DNA from: Hormiphora californensis
Lineage: Eukaryota > Animalia > Ctenophora
DNA: 64,000 bases
Direction: 5' to 3'
Assembly: GCA_020137815.1 (NCBI GenBank)
Contig: CM035360.1
Span: 6,324,001-6,388,000, forward strand
The position numbers and the translations under genes are program-made. Shown one piece after another: positions 59,021 to 64,000 of this stretch. Position 1 is the first letter of the stretch; each line of letters starts with the position of its first letter. The notes below the pieces were generated by a model. The model was not told the DNA's origin. It worked only from the letters and a program-made list of their open reading frames with translations, and made no database searches.

Positions 59021-59807
59021 TCATTTTGCTGGTTCTAGCAGGTCCTTGATTTCCGTCTTTTCTTCCTGGCTTATATCCTGAGAGAGGGAATTAGTTGTTA
59101 TTTTCTAACCCTCCTTTAAGGAATTAGTAGGTATTGTGAAAGTTAAACATCCTATGTAACCCACAATTGTTACGAAATAACCCCTCACGACCTTCGCACG
59201 CTGCCAAGGGAGGGGGTAATGAATATATGACACCATTTCATTTATAAATCACATACCAAATCTTCAGTCTGAGACTCCTCCTCAACTACTTTCTTCAGTT
59301 TCAGTTTCAACTCTGTAACCTGGTACTCTGCCTCCTCCGCCCGGTGTGTTGTCTCTGTCAAGGACAACTCTAGCTCTTCTATCCTCCCTGCAAAACATAG
59401 TAGTCACATACCCCATACTTGCATGATAATCGATCAATGATGGAGAAAAAGGAGAAAAAGGGAGAGGTAAGATCATGTACTCTGCACTTACTTTCAAGTT
59501 CCTCGTTCTCATTTATCACAATCTCAAGGGCCTCTCTTCGTGATTCTGCTAATGTTTCATAGTACGTTTCATTAAGGGTTCCCCCAGTTAGTGCAGTTAC
59601 CATGGCCTCTGCTGCCTCATCTGACGTTCCACATCCTGTCTCAGCCAACTCCGTCTCTGTTTGTGTACACACGGACTTAGTCACCTTGGTAGGGACTCTC
59701 TTGATGGCGTCCCTCTGAGCAAGATTCTGTAGGTTTCCTATCGTTCGAAACGGTTTTCGAGTTGTCTCCATTGTTCTGTTTTCCTTGTTTACAAGATCAT
59801 AATTCAT
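59021..59807 (-). CDS. GMNN: Geminin-family coiled-coil protein
   Basis: KEN box and D-box-like RKPFRTIGN. YYETLAESRREALEIVINENEEL matches the geminin YW..VAE.RR.AL...L.ENE.L motif. Three exons in frame. Confidence 0.75.
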
Positions 59808-60564
59808 AACCGAGTCTAGATATCGAACACAAGTTACTATTTTTCATTCAAACTTATTGGGGGTACGGTAGGCAAAAACTTGCTCATAATGAAGTAAGGT
59901 GCCTGACCAAAATGGGCACGACAGTGTGCTTCAAATAACCTGGATGAGGCATGAGTTTGCGACTCATGTGTCTTTTTTGGACACACAGATCTGTTTAATT
60001 AGCTTGGGGTCAAGGCACCTAGTTGACCTACACGGCTGTCGCCTGATAACCGTCGAAAACTGAAAGTTAAAACGCGAAATCAAGTTCTTAAGAAAAAAAA
60101 TACCTAAAAATAAGAAGACAAGAAATTTCGAGGCACGGAAATTTAAAAATTTACATCTGAGCCGTGAATTGAAGCTTACACCGCGTGATAAAACGTGCAA
60201 AAGTAAAGCCACACAATTTCTTCCAAAATTTGACAGGGAGGCCCATAAAATCAGTTTCAAGACTGATGCCCAGTGAAAACAGGAAACTCCTTCGGGCTGG
60301 CATAAGCTCACACCGGGCCTTCTGCCCGGTTTGGTGACGCAGCTACCCCTAAACTAGCCGCGCATGGACCACATGAATGCATTGCCATGCACTATGATAA
60401 TGCCATGCACATATTATGCACATATTATGTCTATGGTAATTCTGCTTGATTTTTGATTCATTTTATATGCTGTCTCTTAACATCTTCTTCAACTTTTCTA
60501 AAACTGACCATCTATTCAGTACAGCTAGTTTTTTTACGGTTCAGACATCGGGAGAGCGACGAAA

Positions 60565-62582
60565 ATGACATTTACTCGTTTCGTGTGCCGGGTAAGTTAC
60601 TACAAACCATTCACACACATACCCCAAGGAACAAAGTTAATCCAAATAACTCTATGACACCCCTTGAGGAATGATTTTATTTACTGTGGTTCCGTTTCAG
60701 CACCGAACTTGTCTCCTGTTTGCCTCAACCATCTTTCTCCTTGGACTGTCGACGTGGTGGTTTAATGATACCTCAGCTTCCGTTGCTATAGCATCCAACC
60801 AGTACATCAACTTGATAGATGAACCTAAAACCCATGCAGTTCTGCCGACTCAAGAATCCCAAGTAGAAGAGTAGGAAGAACAAGACACAAAACGTGAAGT
60901 GCTTCTTGCCACCCTCCCTGTTGATAAACCCCCTTCGGATGCCATCGGAAGAAAGGTTCTGGAAATCCAATCGAAAGACGTGTTGGAAGGCCTCCCTGAC
61001 CACTATCTGCCAGACTACAAAACCTTCTGCTGGTACGACACACACGGCCAGTTCAGCTGCCTCCCCTTTGTCTACGTCATTGGTCTGCCAAAGTGTGCTA
61101 CAACAGACCTCTCACGCAAGCTCGTACTACACCCGGAGGTTGAGTTCGACCGACACGAGAAGGAGTACCACTACTGGACACGACGTCGTCTCGCCCGACC
61201 GATGAGCCTGCGGGAACGGAAAAAAGCGGGGGGGGGGCCGGCTGAAGTTTTTGAAGTCAACTTCAAAAACTTCAAAGCGAAACTTAGGGTGGAAAACTTC
61301 AAAAACTTCAAAAACTCATATCTCCTAAACCGTTGGAGATAGGCCCTATGTTGCTTCATAACTCTTATATAAACTTGCATATTCCGAACAAGATGCACCC
61401 CTTTAAAAAGCCTATAGTCACTCATAAACCATTAAAACTGGTCTAGCCCAAAAAAAGTCATGCGCACACACAACATTATGAAAATATCCCATTATCCCTC
61501 GAATTAGATGAGGTGGAGACTTCATTTTGGCACGTACCCCCACTAACTCGAGGCCGCTGATGATTTTGGTGTCCATATTTTTTTCACTACTCCCTTCATA
61601 AAAAATTTGCATTTTGTGAGACTGGCAAAAAGGGTGTGGCCACAAAAAAAAATTTTGAAAATTTACTTCATAACTTTTAAACACTTTCTTAGCATTTTCT
61701 AGGCAATTTTTTGAGTTATAGAATGAAAATAAAATCTGTTTTTACAAAAAATTTAAATTTTTCACACCAAATTGTGCCATGGATTTCATGGCTAGGAATA
61801 ATTGTAAATATCCTAATTTGTGGTAGAAAAAGGGAAGACAAGGACGGATAACTTTGCCACAATATGTATTAAGCATGAAACTAACCTAAACAAGTGTAAT
61901 AATAGTCACTGATAGCATATAAAAGTAGTTTAGAGTTTTTGAAGTTTTTGAAGTTTTTGAAGTCAACTTCAAAAACTTCAAAAACTCAAAAAGTAGGGTG
62001 GAAAACTTCAAACTTCAAAAACTTCAGCCGGCCCCCCCCCCCAAAAAAAGCGGGCAAGGAGGATTTTATGGACTACGTTAAGGGTTTGGATGCCAGTAGA
62101 ATTCGGGAGCGGAGGAATATTGTGTGGGTGGATGGAACACCGTCAACTTCGTTCGAAATGTTTGACATCGTCCCACGATTCGTCAGTGGGAAAAATGTTA
62201 TAAAACACGGAGTGATCTGAAACATTGCTGCTTTCGGCCGGATCAACGGGATCTTAGCTTGACGATCTTTTTGACGGTCGGTATCTACGTTTGCTACGTT
62301 GAACCGTGGTCCACACTGTACAGGGACAACTTTTATCTTCTGAACTTTGAGTACTATTCAAGGGACCGAGCTAAAAGTCTAGCGGAAATTTTCGAGTTTA
62401 TTGGCGTATCACAGTTACCCCAAGGGGAGATTGCAGGCTGGTTCGCAAAAAATAACATTGAAAACCATCAAAAATCGTACCCGCAAATGCTAGAGAAAAC
62501 TCGAGATCTGCTAAAGAAGTTTTACAGTCCGTTCAATGCAATGCTAGTGCAAGTAACGGGAAGAGCCGAATTTTTCTTCTGA
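60565..62582 (+). pseudogene. CHST15 (GalNAc4S-6ST)-like sulfotransferase, disrupted
   Basis: CLPFVYVIGLPKCATTDL..HPEV...KEYHYWTRRR (5'-PSB) and L.VGIY...W. Lesions: in-frame TAG at 60872, TE insertion at 61228-62042, frameshift near 62175, no RDPxxR 3'-PB motif visible. Confidence 0.75.
61228..62042. mobile_element. Non-autonomous TIR element (MULE- or hAT-like) inserted in coding sequence
   Basis: TIR G10-CCGGCTGAAGTTTTTGAAGT / ACTTCAAAAACTTCAGCCGG-C11. TSD AAAAAAGC(G) of 8-9 bp. Removing it restores RKKAGKEDF. Confidence 0.85.
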
Positions 62583-62789
62583 AAAAATGGCTACACCAGT
62601 CACCCTGTGTACCTACACACGTTGAGTCGCTTGACACTGCACACACGTTAGTACAGACTACATTTAGAGAAGGAAGAACTACTGATTAGTTAGTTATTAT
62701 TATTATTATTAAATCTAAAATGTATACATTGGATAAAATTAGTTAGTGACTGGCTCTCCGGCACTGGTCGTTATCGAGCTTTCTATATA

Positions 62790-63515
62790 CTAGAGTACCC
62801 GTTTGCTGGGAACCCGTGACCTGGTAAATGGTAATTGGTAAATCATTTACTGTAACGCGCGAATTTTTCCAAAAAAGCGCTGCTTTTTTACGCCGCGCGC
62901 GGAACCTAGAATTACGCGCGCAGTGTAAAATTTTAAAATTCATTGAAAATTTCCTCGCGTTTTATGTCGCCAAAAAAAGTCGACGAAAAATTCCAAATTC
63001 GTGAATTTAGAATTATAAGAACTCCGGTCAGTTCTCATCTTGCCAATCCGTTTTCCGGGAACCCCTGGCCAAAGGACATTAAAGTTCACATAACGACCAA
63101 GTTTCATATCGATTGGATAAGATTTTGGGTGGCTACGGTGAAAAATATCGTATTTTTGGCATTTTTAACTTTCCCGACGCGATTTACGACCCTTAAACAT
63201 TGAGTTACGGGAAATCGCTATGGTGTAAAATGAAGTTCAAACGATTCTCTTTCCCCACTATTGCGTTAGTTTTTTGATTTAGAGCCGTTTTCAGGGTCTT
63301 AGAAGCGTTTGAAAAAATGTAAGTATTTTTGGCGCAATGACGTCACCCCGTGACGTCACTGTTGTAAAGATCGGATCAAAAATCTGAGCCCGTACTTACA
63401 CCCGCCTTGGTCCAAAGTACCAGTGTACAAATTTTCAGGGGTCTAGCTCAAAAACTGTAGGAGGAGTAGGGAGAAAACAATTATCGGACTAACATTTTGG
63501 AATTTATTATATGGA
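62790..63515 (-). mobile_element. Probable non-autonomous Helitron
   Basis: Minus strand begins A|TCCATATAATAAA and ends with a short ccc..ggg hairpin then CTAG|T. No TSD. Confidence 0.55.
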
Positions 63516-63804
63516 TACCGTGCCTTCACGGGAAACTACTGCAGAATACATCTATGATCTAGTACAGACTATTCGTGTTCAACGGGTATTCCGTGTTCGC
63601 AAAGTTGTCATTAACTTTGTTATCATGCAGAATTTCATTGTACTTTTCTGAGTTTTGGTTTACAGTTTATACAACAGTGTTCAGTTCATCGCACGCACAA
63701 TTCGTGGGCCTAGCCTCTCCAACGATGCGTAAATTTCACCGGATTGACAGGGCTGAGGGCATCTTGGAATTCCTAGCTCACTGCTCATTCGAAGAAAAAA
63801 AATA

Positions 63805-63960
63805 AGAAAACAAGAAATTTCGAGTACGAGGCACGAAGTAGAAAATTTGAGCCATGAATTGAAGTTTACGCCGCGCGATAAAAACGCGCAAAAATAAAGC
63901 CGCGCAATTTCTTTAGAAATTTGACAGGGAGCCCATGAAATCAGTTCCAACAACAGGAAA
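63805..63960 (+). repeat. Diverged direct copy of 60115-60290
   Basis: Shared blocks caagaaatttcgag, gagcc(g/a)tgaattgaag and aaatttgacagggag, offset about 3.7 kb. Confidence 0.8.
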
Positions 63961-64000
63961 CTCTTTTTTTTGGTTTGAAAATCAAAGAACCAAAAAGGTA

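Noticed and set aside
59021-59807. Multicilin/GEMC1 identity
   Set aside because: No C-terminal TIRT domain is present. The KEN/D-box and short length fit geminin.

Overview
Compact, intron-rich eukaryotic (animal) genomic DNA, not a prokaryotic locus. Microsatellite-filled introns, two recognisable MITE families, acceptor AGs just before start codons and a nested intronic gene suggest a ctenophore (Pleurobrachia/Hormiphora-like); this is an inference, not a database result. Genes recognisable from motifs: ABHD1/3-like hydrolase (with a nested antisense membrane-protein gene), class A GPCR, an ASPH-like gene plus a neighbouring acidic-repeat gene, PHF20-like, SNRNP27, geminin-family, a disrupted CHST15-like sulfotransferase, two inverted papain-family protease remnants and a spliced hAT transposase split into two opposite-strand pieces. 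The window is dense in foldback elements and MITEs. The most unusual object is a 4.3-kb insertion (10191-14470): a head-to-head concatemer of a highly self-complementary ~505-bp unit flanked by a 10-12 bp target-site duplication. Its breakpoints fit twin-primed reverse transcription of a multimeric or circular RNA (retrozyme-like), but I found no canonical hammerhead. Several stretches (about 1.2-2.9 kb, 13.0-14.2 kb, 15.0-16.1 kb, 41-42.8 kb, 51.6-52.7 kb) look like unpolished long-read consensus, so frameshifts there are not trustworthy.
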